The notes beneath the pieces are model-generated. The model was given only the letters and a program-made list of their open reading frames with translations, searched no databases and was not told where the DNA came from. A program made the translations under genes and the position numbers. A stretch of 30,763 nucleotides of DNA from positions 1 through 30,763 of the IMG/VR virus record IMGVR_UViG_3300022198_001530; one strand, written 5' to 3'. This DNA comes from a virus. Lineage: Duplodnaviria; Caudoviricetes. Shown piece by piece: positions 10,597 to 18,652 of the stretch (positions are counted from its first letter, which is position 1; the number at the start of each line of letters is the position of its first letter).

Positions 10597-11844
10597 ATGT
10601 CAAGACAATTAGCTAAGACTAAGTTAGGGTTTGAGCAACAATTATTAGGTTTAACTGACTTAGTAGTAGATGCTTGGGGCAGACAAAAATTTATTGAAGA
10701 CTACTCTGTCTTTAGAGGTTTGTTTACTTATGATATTCCTGCATCACAATGGAAAGAATATCAAGCTGGAGTAGAGCAAAGCACTTTTAGTAACGCCATA
10801 GTCACTGATGGAGGGTTAGATTTAACTTCTACTACTGGTATAACTACACAGTTAGTTAGTAAACGTCATCCTAGGTATCAGCCCAATAAAGGACACCTGT
10901 ATTCTACTGCAGTATGGCTACCTACTGAAAGCGAGGCTAGCACAGTACGTGATTGGGGTTTAGGTTCTGCGGCTATGGGTAACTATGTATGCTTTAGGTT
11001 TACTAATGATAAACTGTACGCAGTAGTTGCTCGCGATGGAGTAGAGACAGTACAGCAAATTACAGAACATGCAGACGGTTGGGTAAACTTTGATTATACT
11101 AAAGGGCACCTATACGACATTCAAATGCAATGGCGTGGAGTTGGCAATTACTTATTTTACGTAGACCAAGAACTAGTTGCAGAGATAGAAAACCTGGGAA
11201 GGTTAGGTGAAGGTGAATTACCTACACTAACTATCCCAGCTTTGCCAGTACTGTGGTCAGTAACAGGTAATGCTAGGCTACGAGCAGGATGCGTTGATGT
11301 GGCTAGCGAAGGTGGTGGAGGTAACAATACTATTTATCGATCAACTACAACTGGGATGGCCTTGATTAATATTAGTAATACTTACTCAGATGGTATGGCC
11401 ACTTTAGCTATTCGAGTGCCTCCTACTTTTAACGGTATTTACAATGCTAGAGATGCTTTGTTAAACAGGATTACCACATTTTGTAGGGATCAAGCGGTGA
11501 CTGGGGTATGGCTAACCAGGGACGCAACAGTGTTAGGCGGTATCTCAGCTAACGTAAATCCATTATTAGGTTGGGCTCCTGTAAGTGGAGATTCTAATTT
11601 ACAGTATATGAAAGGTGGCACTGGTACAACTCTAACTACAACTTTTGAGACTAATCATAGTAGTGCTAACTCTAGCCTATTAGTTGCAAAACGCGTACCA
11701 CTAGATACCCCTAGTATTTTAGATAACCCAGGAGCTAAGAGTGATTTCTACTTAACTAATGGAGATTACATTATAGTTACAATATTGCCTGATGGAGCTA
11801 ATAAAACAGCAGGCACTACAATTGAATGGTCAGAAGAGGTTTAA
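10597..11844 (+). CDS. Putative tail appendage/receptor-binding protein (beta-sandwich, lectin-like)
   Basis: GGAG at 10587-10590 favours ATG 10597. Thr/Gly-rich, beta-rich; 'RYQP.K' and 'Y.I...W.GVG' patterns seen in phage virion proteins. Confidence 0.5.
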   Translation: MSRQLAKTKLGFEQQLLGLTDLVVDAWGRQKFIEDYSVFRGLFTYDIPASQWKEYQAGVEQSTFSNAIVTDGGLDLTSTTGITTQLVSKRHPRYQPNKGHLYSTAVWLPTESEASTVRDWGLGSAAMGNYVCFRFTNDKLYAVVARDGVETVQQITEHADGWVNFDYTKGHLYDIQMQWRGVGNYLFYVDQELVAEIENLGRLGEGELPTLTIPALPVLWSVTGNARLRAGCVDVASEGGGGNNTIYRSTTTGMALINISNTYSDGMATLAIRVPPTFNGIYNARDALLNRITTFCRDQAVTGVWLTRDATVLGGISANVNPLLGWAPVSGDSNLQYMKGGTGTTLTTTFETNHSSANSSLLVAKRVPLDTPSILDNPGAKSDFYLTNGDYIIVTILPDGANKTAGTTIEWSEEV

Positions 11845-11848
11845 TAAC

Positions 11849-12415
11849 ATGGCGGTCCGTGAGATAGTAAAACAATTAGCTGGTACTGAAGATCTGTTAC
11901 TAGGTGAAGGTATAGTAACACAACAAAGGGATAGTGGTGAACAAGAGCTTACTAGAGTGGGTGCGGCTAGTCTTCCATTTGACACGCGTAGTCCTGATAT
12001 ACGTAGTATTAAAGATGAACTATTAGTTAAAGTTCGTCACTATGATTCTACGTTGAGTATGGTATCTGATGTAGCTAATGCTACTATTGGTGAGCTATGC
12101 TTTACATCAGGTCTTACAGCTGGTGATCAGCAAGGCACTTGGTGGAATGTAGTAGACGCCACTTCTGTTACTACAAATGGAGTAAATATCTTAGCTGGGT
12201 CTGCAACTAAAAGTTTTGTTAAGCTAAACTCAGTAGGACTTATAGCTACGACTGCAGAGTTGGCAGACATAACAGACCCAATCAATACGGTGAATAAAGC
12301 TGCGGGCTTACAGGTGTTTAATACATCTACCAATAAACCTGTGTGGTCGTCTGGAGCTACAGCCGGAGCAGTTTGGGTTAACTCAGGTGGTACTACTGAA
12401 CACACACCTGTTTAA
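11849..12415 (+). CDS. Short tail fibre/tailspike-like protein
   Basis: GAGGT at 11836-11840 favours ATG 11849 (188 aa). N-terminal 'KQLAGTEDLLLGEG', a tailspike-neck-like 'FTSG...GD..G..W' and a C-terminal 'IN..NK..G..VFNT..NKPVW...W' module. Confidence 0.55.
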   Translation: MAVREIVKQLAGTEDLLLGEGIVTQQRDSGEQELTRVGAASLPFDTRSPDIRSIKDELLVKVRHYDSTLSMVSDVANATIGELCFTSGLTAGDQQGTWWNVVDATSVTTNGVNILAGSATKSFVKLNSVGLIATTAELADITDPINTVNKAAGLQVFNTSTNKPVWSSGATAGAVWVNSGGTTEHTPV

Positions 12416-12671
12416 TTAAGTCCTTCACATCAGCAAGAGAGTACGCAAATATTGCGTACCCTCCTGCTTCTTTAACACGCTTTTGTTTAAGTTGCTGGAG
12501 ACGCTTCTCAGTGTCTCCAACTCCTTTCACTTCAATAAGACAGAACTTACCTTCAATACAAGCTACAATATCGCTCTCACCGTTCTTAGAAGCTGAGACA
12601 ATATTAATAGCTGGATACTTGCATGCTTCTAAGTAGTCCAGTATTAGCTTTTGAAGTTTAGAGCCTCTCAT
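12393..12671 (-). CDS. VRR-NUC family nuclease / Holliday junction resolvase
   Basis: PD-(D/E)XK pattern 'GESDIV...IEVK...LQ...GG' in 92 aa. Confidence 0.85.
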   Translation of the reverse strand: MRGSKLQKLILDYLEACKYPAINIVSASKNGESDIVACIEGKFCLIEVKGVGDTEKRLQQLKQKRVKEAGGYAIFAYSLADVKDLIKQVCVQ

Positions 12672-12931
12672 CCAGTAACAACTCCTACATTCTGAATAAA
12701 ATCTGAAACTATTACAGGTAAGTTCTTAACAGTTGGTGGAGCTTGATCTGTGTTGATATATACTTTAAGTGCGTAACTCTCTGCTATTGTTTTCATGCTC
12801 TTAGAGTTAAGCACTAGCCCAATTGGTTCTAACCCTGCGGCTTGAACCTTAGCTACTTTAGTTTCTATTTCAAACAGTATACTTGCTGCATCAGTAAACA
12901 TAATATTCTCGCTATTTCGATCGTAAGTCAT
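12668..12931 (-). CDS. Hypothetical protein
   Basis: 87-aa ORF with a 4-nt overlap to the VRR-NUC gene. The start could be the ATG at 12901 instead. Confidence 0.55.
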   Translation of the reverse strand: MTYDRNSENIMFTDAASILFEIETKVAKVQAAGLEPIGLVLNSKSMKTIAESYALKVYINTDQAPPTVKNLPVIVSDFIQNVGVVTG

Positions 12932-12936
12932 TGATT
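12924..12936 (-). promoter_or_regulatory. IHF consensus site
   Basis: Minus strand reads AATCAATGACTTA, a full match to WATCAANNNNTTR, next to an A/T tract. Confidence 0.45.
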
Positions 12937-12971
12937 TTTAAAGATTTTTCGGGCTGACGTGGCTCCATATA

Positions 12972-13045
12972 AGGCCACGAAATTTGGCCTTGGTCATGAT
13001 ATTAAAAATATTTTTTATCGCGACACGGGCCAAATTTAGAGGCCT
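12972..13045. repeat. Long imperfect inverted repeat
   Basis: AAATTTGGCC (12980-12989) / GGCCAAATTT (13028-13037), outer AGGCC/GGCCT and inner GTC/GAC and GATA/TATC arms. Confidence 0.7.
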
Positions 13046-13065
13046 ATTTTTGTAGGATAGAATTG

Positions 13066-14280
13066 TTATTTGTCTATCCTCACACAGGAGAATCTTGGAA
13101 GGAACAGACTATAGCTATTGGTAGCTGTATCTAGGATTACTGAGTTATATTTAACTTCAATAGTCTTGCCTTCATAGCCGTCTAGTGTGCGATCATAGTC
13201 AGACAGTCCAGACCCAACATTGACAGTAACAAATTTACCTTCAACTTCACCTACTAATTGCAAAGCTCCTATCATTCCTTCATACTTGCCTGCACCTTCT
13301 TCCCAACCGACACAAGTTAGATCAGCTGTTTTAGTTTCCTTCATTTTGACCCAATCTTTACTCCGTTTGAAAGTATACTTATGATCCTCTCGTTTAAGTA
13401 TCAGTCCTTCATATCCATCAGCTATTAGCTCTTTATAAAGCTCTTGTACTTCATGTGTGTTTTCACATGGCATAGTAAATGCAGGCACAAGATGGTCGCT
13501 ACGAACGCACTGTAAAATGTGAACCATATGGGTATACCTGGATTTATATTTAGTTGGACATGACCCCCTAATAAACTCATGGTAGTGCATAGCATCAAAC
13601 ACATTGAAACGAAGCTCTTCTTCTGCTATTCGCCCTCCATGTATAGCTGAGTTAATTTTACCAGAAATAGAGGTACGATCTTCAGACTTGCCAGACAAAA
13701 ACGTAACTTCTGTGTCTAACATGAACCCGTCGACAGGTAAGCTATTAAATAGATGCCCTGTGACCGGTAAGTTAACTACTTTACCATTGCGCGTCTTAAA
13801 TACAGCAGGCTGTCCAGGAGGTTTCAAAATAACTATGCGTACACCATCATATTTAATCTGAGCTAACACAGGAAATTTCACTTGTTCAAGCGGCACCTCT
13901 TTAGCTAGTTGTACTTCAAACTGTGGAATAGCCCCAGGATACTCTGTATTAAATAACTTAGCTGATACTCCGCAATCTAAGTCCTTATTACAAATTAGCT
14001 TAATGAGGTTTCCGTGTTGCTGGGCAAAATCTTCTACAGCATCTCGTGCTGCGTTACCAGTAAGCTCACGAGCAGCTAATTTATCTAGCAGTTGAAACAT
14101 TTCAACACAGGGTTCACCTAAGCCAGTGTGGGGTACTGAAGAGAACTTAAGCCCATATTGCTTATCTTTATCATAAGCGTATTTAAAAGTATGGATTAAC
14201 CAAGGATGATTACATTGCCGAATGAGCCTTTGCTTCTCAGATCTAGCAGAAGCTTTTTTTAGATCGTGTAGGATCTTCAT
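13066..14280 (-). CDS. ATP-dependent DNA ligase
   Basis: Motif I 'QIKYDGVR', motif III 'MLDTE', IIIa 'FNVFD', IV 'EGLILK', V 'WVKMK' and an OB domain ending 'SLFLPRF...R.DK'. Confidence 0.95.
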   Translation of the reverse strand: MKILHDLKKASARSEKQRLIRQCNHPWLIHTFKYAYDKDKQYGLKFSSVPHTGLGEPCVEMFQLLDKLAARELTGNAARDAVEDFAQQHGNLIKLICNKDLDCGVSAKLFNTEYPGAIPQFEVQLAKEVPLEQVKFPVLAQIKYDGVRIVILKPPGQPAVFKTRNGKVVNLPVTGHLFNSLPVDGFMLDTEVTFLSGKSEDRTSISGKINSAIHGGRIAEEELRFNVFDAMHYHEFIRGSCPTKYKSRYTHMVHILQCVRSDHLVPAFTMPCENTHEVQELYKELIADGYEGLILKREDHKYTFKRSKDWVKMKETKTADLTCVGWEEGAGKYEGMIGALQLVGEVEGKFVTVNVGSGLSDYDRTLDGYEGKTIEVKYNSVILDTATNSYSLFLPRFSCVRIDK

Positions 14281-15515
14281 AATTGATTCCTCATGAATAA
14301 TGCGTCAACATAGTTAACTTTGTTTAATGAAACAGATTGGTAGACTTCTTCACTGATGCCATCTTTAACTAATAAGAAATGGACTATTATAGGTTTATCT
14401 CTATGTTTGTTAGCTTGCCTGGCTCTACGCTGTGTGTGCCTGGCTGTAGAGAAGTCTTGACTGTATATAATTAAATGGTCAATATAACTAAGGTCCACGC
14501 CTTCAGCATAACTAGTAGCCTGCAGAATCAGAGCATGCTTGAAATGTTTCCTTAGTTTTTCACCTTCAACTATATAGTTATACATGATAGCAACATGTTC
14601 AGTGTCACCAAAGTGTTCTTTAATATAGTCAATCTTCTCTGTGTTAGGTAACTGAATAAATTCTGGCTTATCCACAGGATTACCTTTTTTATTCAGCACC
14701 TTAGTAACTTTCTTAGCTCCACCTCCTTCTAACATATGCAGAGTAGTTCGCAGTTTAGTGATAGTGTCGCATAGTATCTCGCCTTGATCTGTCTCCATTA
14801 CCTTATGTTTCAATACGTCATTATATAGCGCTCTGGTCTCATCAGAGAGACTAATATAATGAATCTTATCAACGGGCTCATGTTTAAAATCTAAGGCCTT
14901 ACGGGTCATTGTAAGGAACAGGTGTTGTGTCCTAGCTATAACCGCCTCGTCATGTACACGGTCCCACATTTCTACTTCTTTTTGATACAAGTATCTAGTG
15001 TAGGGTATGCCGTACACTTTATGCCATGCTTTATAGTCATGACAACCCGCCCAAGGTGACCAATCACTCAGCGCAAATTGATGATACAGCTGAGCATAGG
15101 TCTGTGCATGTGGAGTGGCTGAGATGTAGATTATAGGCGTCTCATGCGTCTTAGTCCTTACCTGCATCCAAGTTTTAGACTTTTTAGGGAAACTACTGAT
15201 ATAATTATGGGCTTCATCTAAGATCACCAGGTCCCACTTATCACGTTGGATTTTACTAACTTGATGATAGTTAGTGACATAGTAATTCTTAGCGGTATCG
15301 AACTGAGCTAATAATTCTTTCCACCCATCTAATGGCTTACCTTTCTTAGTAAGGATTAAAATAGACTCTACATTAGCTTTCTCAGCTATAAGTAAAGCTA
15401 TTAGTGACTTACCCGTACGCTCCTCCATTGCTAAGTAGACTATCATATTATCTTTGAGAATATGATAGCCTGACTCAGCAAAACTAAGCTGATGGTCCCA
15501 TGGAGCTATAGCCAT
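14277..15515 (-). CDS. SF2 (SNF2/DEAH-like) helicase
   Basis: 'PWDHQ', Walker A variant 'MEERTGKS', 'ILDEAH', 'SATP', 'EGVDL', 'QRRAR'. Start placed at ATG 15515 because a separate small ORF occupies the upstream stretch. Confidence 0.88.
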   Translation of the reverse strand: MAIAPWDHQLSFAESGYHILKDNMIVYLAMEERTGKSLIALLIAEKANVESILILTKKGKPLDGWKELLAQFDTAKNYYVTNYHQVSKIQRDKWDLVILDEAHNYISSFPKKSKTWMQVRTKTHETPIIYISATPHAQTYAQLYHQFALSDWSPWAGCHDYKAWHKVYGIPYTRYLYQKEVEMWDRVHDEAVIARTQHLFLTMTRKALDFKHEPVDKIHYISLSDETRALYNDVLKHKVMETDQGEILCDTITKLRTTLHMLEGGGAKKVTKVLNKKGNPVDKPEFIQLPNTEKIDYIKEHFGDTEHVAIMYNYIVEGEKLRKHFKHALILQATSYAEGVDLSYIDHLIIYSQDFSTARHTQRRARQANKHRDKPIIVHFLLVKDGISEEVYQSVSLNKVNYVDALFMRNQL

Positions 15516-15664
15516 ATCGCAGCCAACCCTGTGGGTACTAAACACCAAATGGTCAATACCGCTATCCGGTCACTAACAGTTGTGATGTATGGGCTAGACG
15601 CGTATAACCATAAAACCGCAATTACTGCAACTAAACAGTTTGTTAAAAAAATATCAACCCACAT
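15506..15664 (-). CDS. Small membrane protein, 52 aa (absent from the ORF track)
   Basis: Manual translation MWVDIFLTNCLVAVIAVLWLYASSPYITTVSDRIAVLTIWCLVPTGLAAIWL; GAGGA RBS; fills the gap and overlaps both neighbours; two hydrophobic segments. Confidence 0.7.
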   Translation of the reverse strand: MWVDIFLTNCLVAVIAVLWLYASSPYITTVSDRIAVLTIWCLVPTGLAAIWL

Positions 15665-15881
15665 TAGTCATCCTCGCTCTGTTGTCGTATTTATCAGTAA
15701 TCTCTATGTTATAGAGCTCTTTAAACCGCTCTGCTATTGCCCAACCCATTCTAGTTCCCTTAAGATAGTTGTTAATCATAATAGGGCGTATGCCCAGCGC
15801 AACGGCTAGGGCATACTTTGATCTTACTATCTCCTGGATTATGACATAAGCAACAGCCTCTTTAGTTGTTGCTTTATCCAT
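15654..15881 (-). CDS. HTH (XRE/Cro-like) DNA-binding protein
   Basis: 'SKYALAVALGIRPIMINNYLKG' helix-turn-helix pattern; GGAG RBS favours ATG 15881. Confidence 0.65.
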   Translation of the reverse strand: MDKATTKEAVAYVIIQEIVRSKYALAVALGIRPIMINNYLKGTRMGWAIAERFKELYNIEITDKYDNRARMTNVG

Positions 15882-15882
15882 C

Positions 15883-16701
15883 TTATTCTCCGTGTACGTA
15901 AGGGCAACCTTCATTGTACAAAGTACAATACTTGTCTGAACAAAGGTAGTATTTAGGGTTACCGCGGAATAGCAAGTTAGGGGCTATACCACTGTGAAAA
16001 GCCTCTAATGTGTCTAACATAGTATTGATTAGATACTTAGCTCGTGGCACGTTTGACTCTAGCTCAAGCACATGTCCTGTAGGAGACTTAGTAAGAGCTA
16101 CACCTTGAATGGTTGCACGAGATACATCAAAGCCTTCTGACTCAGCTAGGAATTTATACGTAGATTGCTGGGTGACGTACGACTGAGCTACTGGTTTACG
16201 CTTAGAAGTCTTAACGTCTGATAATACGCCTGGAGCAATGTAGTCAATAGTACCACCAACATTGCTAACTATCGGATGTGCCACTTCAATGTCAATGCGG
16301 TGCTCAACCTTAATAGGAATATCAACAAAAGGTACAATATCTTCTACAAAAGCTTTGGAGCCTTGTATTACTTCATTCTCAGCAGTACGAGAGTTTTCAC
16401 CTGGGTCGTATTGAAGATCAGTATCCAGGTTTTGGAACTCTTCAATAGCTGCATCACACATCATAGTGAGATTAACCTCTTCTTTATTCTGTGTGAGTTG
16501 AGCTTCTTTCCACATCTCTTCTACGCCCTTGTGAATAGCTGTGCCAATAGCTGCACGAGCATTAGGAATAGTTACACGGCCTTCAAGGAAAACCTTAGCC
16601 CATTGAAAAGGGCAATTAAAGAAAGTATCAATTGCAGAAGGGCGGATACAGATAGCTTTGCCATCGTAGTCAATATCAGTAGTAATTTTAGACATTTTCA
16701 T
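15883..16701 (-). CDS. Cas4/RecB-like PD-(D/E)XK exonuclease
   Basis: 'RPSAI....CP', 'GTAIH', 'GTID......DVKTS', 'Q...Y' and C-terminal 'C....C......CP' (1+3 Cys pattern). Confidence 0.85.
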   Translation of the reverse strand: MKMSKITTDIDYDGKAICIRPSAIDTFFNCPFQWAKVFLEGRVTIPNARAAIGTAIHKGVEEMWKEAQLTQNKEEVNLTMMCDAAIEEFQNLDTDLQYDPGENSRTAENEVIQGSKAFVEDIVPFVDIPIKVEHRIDIEVAHPIVSNVGGTIDYIAPGVLSDVKTSKRKPVAQSYVTQQSTYKFLAESEGFDVSRATIQGVALTKSPTGHVLELESNVPRAKYLINTMLDTLEAFHSGIAPNLLFRGNPKYYLCSDKYCTLYNEGCPYVHGE

Positions 16702-17317
16702 TTGCCTCAGTAATAGTTAACAAAAAACCTACATTAGTAAACACATGCCAAAGATGTGGCATACCAGAGTCAGGATCATTTATCTCACCTTGACGCCAGG
16801 CTGCTAAGTGCCTACGCAATGCCGCATAATAACGATCAACTTCACCATGTTGCCAATTATTAGGTTTATATTTCTTAGCTCCATGAGTTAAGACTTTAGC
16901 TAAAGCTAACTCCCATTCTGGAGGTATAAGATCATAGCGAACTTTGTCATCATCGAACTTAATAAACTGTTCGCACACATGAACTGATACGGGATAAGGC
17001 GCAGAGTTAATTACCTCAAGACATTTATTACATGGTGGCTGAGTGACATACATAGTAAAAGTACTATCTGTAGTGTACTCCGGAGCTAAGCCATAATAGA
17101 ACGCATCTTCAATAGCCATAGCTTCAGCATGAACCACATCAGAAGGACACTTATCTTGTTTAGTGCACATGCAGGTCATAGAGTTGTTATACCCGCGACC
17201 TACCACTGCCTCTATTTTATCTAAGACAATAATTGCCCCAACCTTTCGCTCATTACACACAGATTTTTTAGCTTCATCACGAGCTAATTGCTCAAACTTT
17301 TTTGTTAGCATTTGCAT
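16688..17317 (-). CDS. dCMP deaminase fused to a dATP/dGTP diphosphohydrolase-type (DUF5664-like) domain
   Basis: N-half: 'KVGAII', 'GYN', 'HAE', 'PCNKC'. C-half from ~aa 120: 'KFDDDKVRYDLIP...GAKKY...NW...RHL..W..GE..DPDSG..HL.H...N..FL'. Confidence 0.85.
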   Translation of the reverse strand: MQMLTKKFEQLARDEAKKSVCNERKVGAIIVLDKIEAVVGRGYNNSMTCMCTKQDKCPSDVVHAEAMAIEDAFYYGLAPEYTTDSTFTMYVTQPPCNKCLEVINSAPYPVSVHVCEQFIKFDDDKVRYDLIPPEWELALAKVLTHGAKKYKPNNWQHGEVDRYYAALRRHLAAWRQGEINDPDSGMPHLWHVFTNVGFLLTITEANENV

Positions 17318-17822
17318 GCTCCTGTAGAATTAATTGAAGTCGTGGTTCTGGTGGAATAAAACTAGAACCTTTATCTATGTTAGCTTTAACACTAGGATCA
17401 GTCTTTTTAACTGACTTAGAGTCATTACTATCACAGACTATTAGCATGGCTTTGTTAAATAAAGCCTCAGATAAGCCAGATAAATCTTCACAAGCATTAA
17501 TAATGCAACCAATAGTTCCAGCCATTAATTTAGGCTCATCCGCAGAACAAAAGCGATCGACATACCAATCTAGAAATGCTTTAGGTGGAACTTTAGTATA
17601 GATACACTCAACCATATCAAGCTTGTTCATCTTCCACAAAATGCCTACTGCGATATAAGTAAGGTCACAAAGAGCGTCTAGCCGATCTACAGGTGTTTGT
17701 GCTGTTTCATACTCCATTAGCTCTTCTAATAGAAGGTCTTCAGCTAATTGCTTATTAAAGACTTGGTCGTAACGTTGACGATTCCAATCTATAATACGTA
17801 GCACAACTAAATTACTTAACAT
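17292..17822 (-). CDS. MazG-like / PRA-PH-like nucleotide pyrophosphohydrolase
   Basis: All-alpha NTP-PPase motif 'LLEELMEY...DALCDL.YIA.G' plus 'V..SN.SK' and 'K...F..PE'. Confidence 0.75.
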   Translation of the reverse strand: MLSNLVVLRIIDWNRQRYDQVFNKQLAEDLLLEELMEYETAQTPVDRLDALCDLTYIAVGILWKMNKLDMVECIYTKVPPKAFLDWYVDRFCSADEPKLMAGTIGCIINACEDLSGLSEALFNKAMLIVCDSNDSKSVKKTDPSVKANIDKGSSFIPPEPRLQLILQEHANANKKV

Positions 17823-17830
17823 GTTTTCAC

Positions 17831-18652
17831 CTATGCGTGTAATTTAAAAGAAATGGAATCTAGTTGATCCCAAGTAGTGACTCTAAAAGAATCATTGTTA
17901 AACTCTTTATAGTCAGTAATCATTTGTAACTCATAAACAGGGTAGAAACTCTCTGGATTAGTTACTCTATCTGAGTATCGTTCCGCTCTAGCTAAGTACT
18001 CAATAGCGCCAAAAGCATGATCCCCATAAATATGACAGTCCCCCAATTGCATTGTTACTGCCCCAGGTTTAAGATTAGTTAGGTAAGCCACTAAGATAAT
18101 AAACATATTAGCTAACATAATATCTGATGGTAACCCTATCATTACATCTATAGATCTTTGGATCCATACCATGTTCAGCTCACCATGCTGAGTCACATAG
18201 AACTGATACGCATAATGACAACAAGGCAAACTAGACTTAGCTATATTAGTAGGATCCCAGCCACTAATCAAATGCCTACGACTATGTGGATTTAACTGTA
18301 AGTCAGAAATAACATTCTCTAACTGGTTTACACCTCCGAAGTCAATCCATTTATTACCATAATCTACATTAAGTGAGCCGTCAGGTTTAGCCCACTGTTT
18401 CCAATAGTTACAACCTTCAATCTCAAAGTCTTGCACTGTTTTAGGTCCACGTAGAAATGCCGCCATCTCACCAATAACCCCTTTAGGGTATAACTTGCGC
18501 ATTAAAGGCACTGGAAATTTATCGCCTACATAGTACTTTAGTTGGTGGCCAAAGATACTACTGGTTACAGCATTACGACCTTCAGAGACTTTTCCATCAT
18601 CCAGTATAGCACGTAGTAAACTACAATATTGTACTTCTAAATTGTTATTCAT
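17831..18652 (-). CDS. thyA: Thymidylate synthase-family enzyme with Asp at the Asn177-equivalent position
   Basis: 'SRR', catalytic 'LPCCH...QFYV', 'QRSID...GLPSD', 'GDCHIY..H'. Family is clear; substrate is uncertain (see findings). Confidence 0.88.
   Translation of the reverse strand: MNNNLEVQYCSLLRAILDDGKVSEGRNAVTSSIFGHQLKYYVGDKFPVPLMRKLYPKGVIGEMAAFLRGPKTVQDFEIEGCNYWKQWAKPDGSLNVDYGNKWIDFGGVNQLENVISDLQLNPHSRRHLISGWDPTNIAKSSLPCCHYAYQFYVTQHGELNMVWIQRSIDVMIGLPSDIMLANMFIILVAYLTNLKPGAVTMQLGDCHIYGDHAFGAIEYLARAERYSDRVTNPESFYPVYELQMITDYKEFNNDSFRVTTWDQLDSISFKLHA

Noticed and set aside
12958-12990. Pistol ribozyme (CGUGG...GCCACG start)
   Set aside because: The loop has no downstream pseudoknot partner and the conserved core is missing.
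15492-15809. 105-aa plus-strand ORF
   Set aside because: Antisense to the HTH gene and the 52-aa membrane ORF, which fit the operon better.
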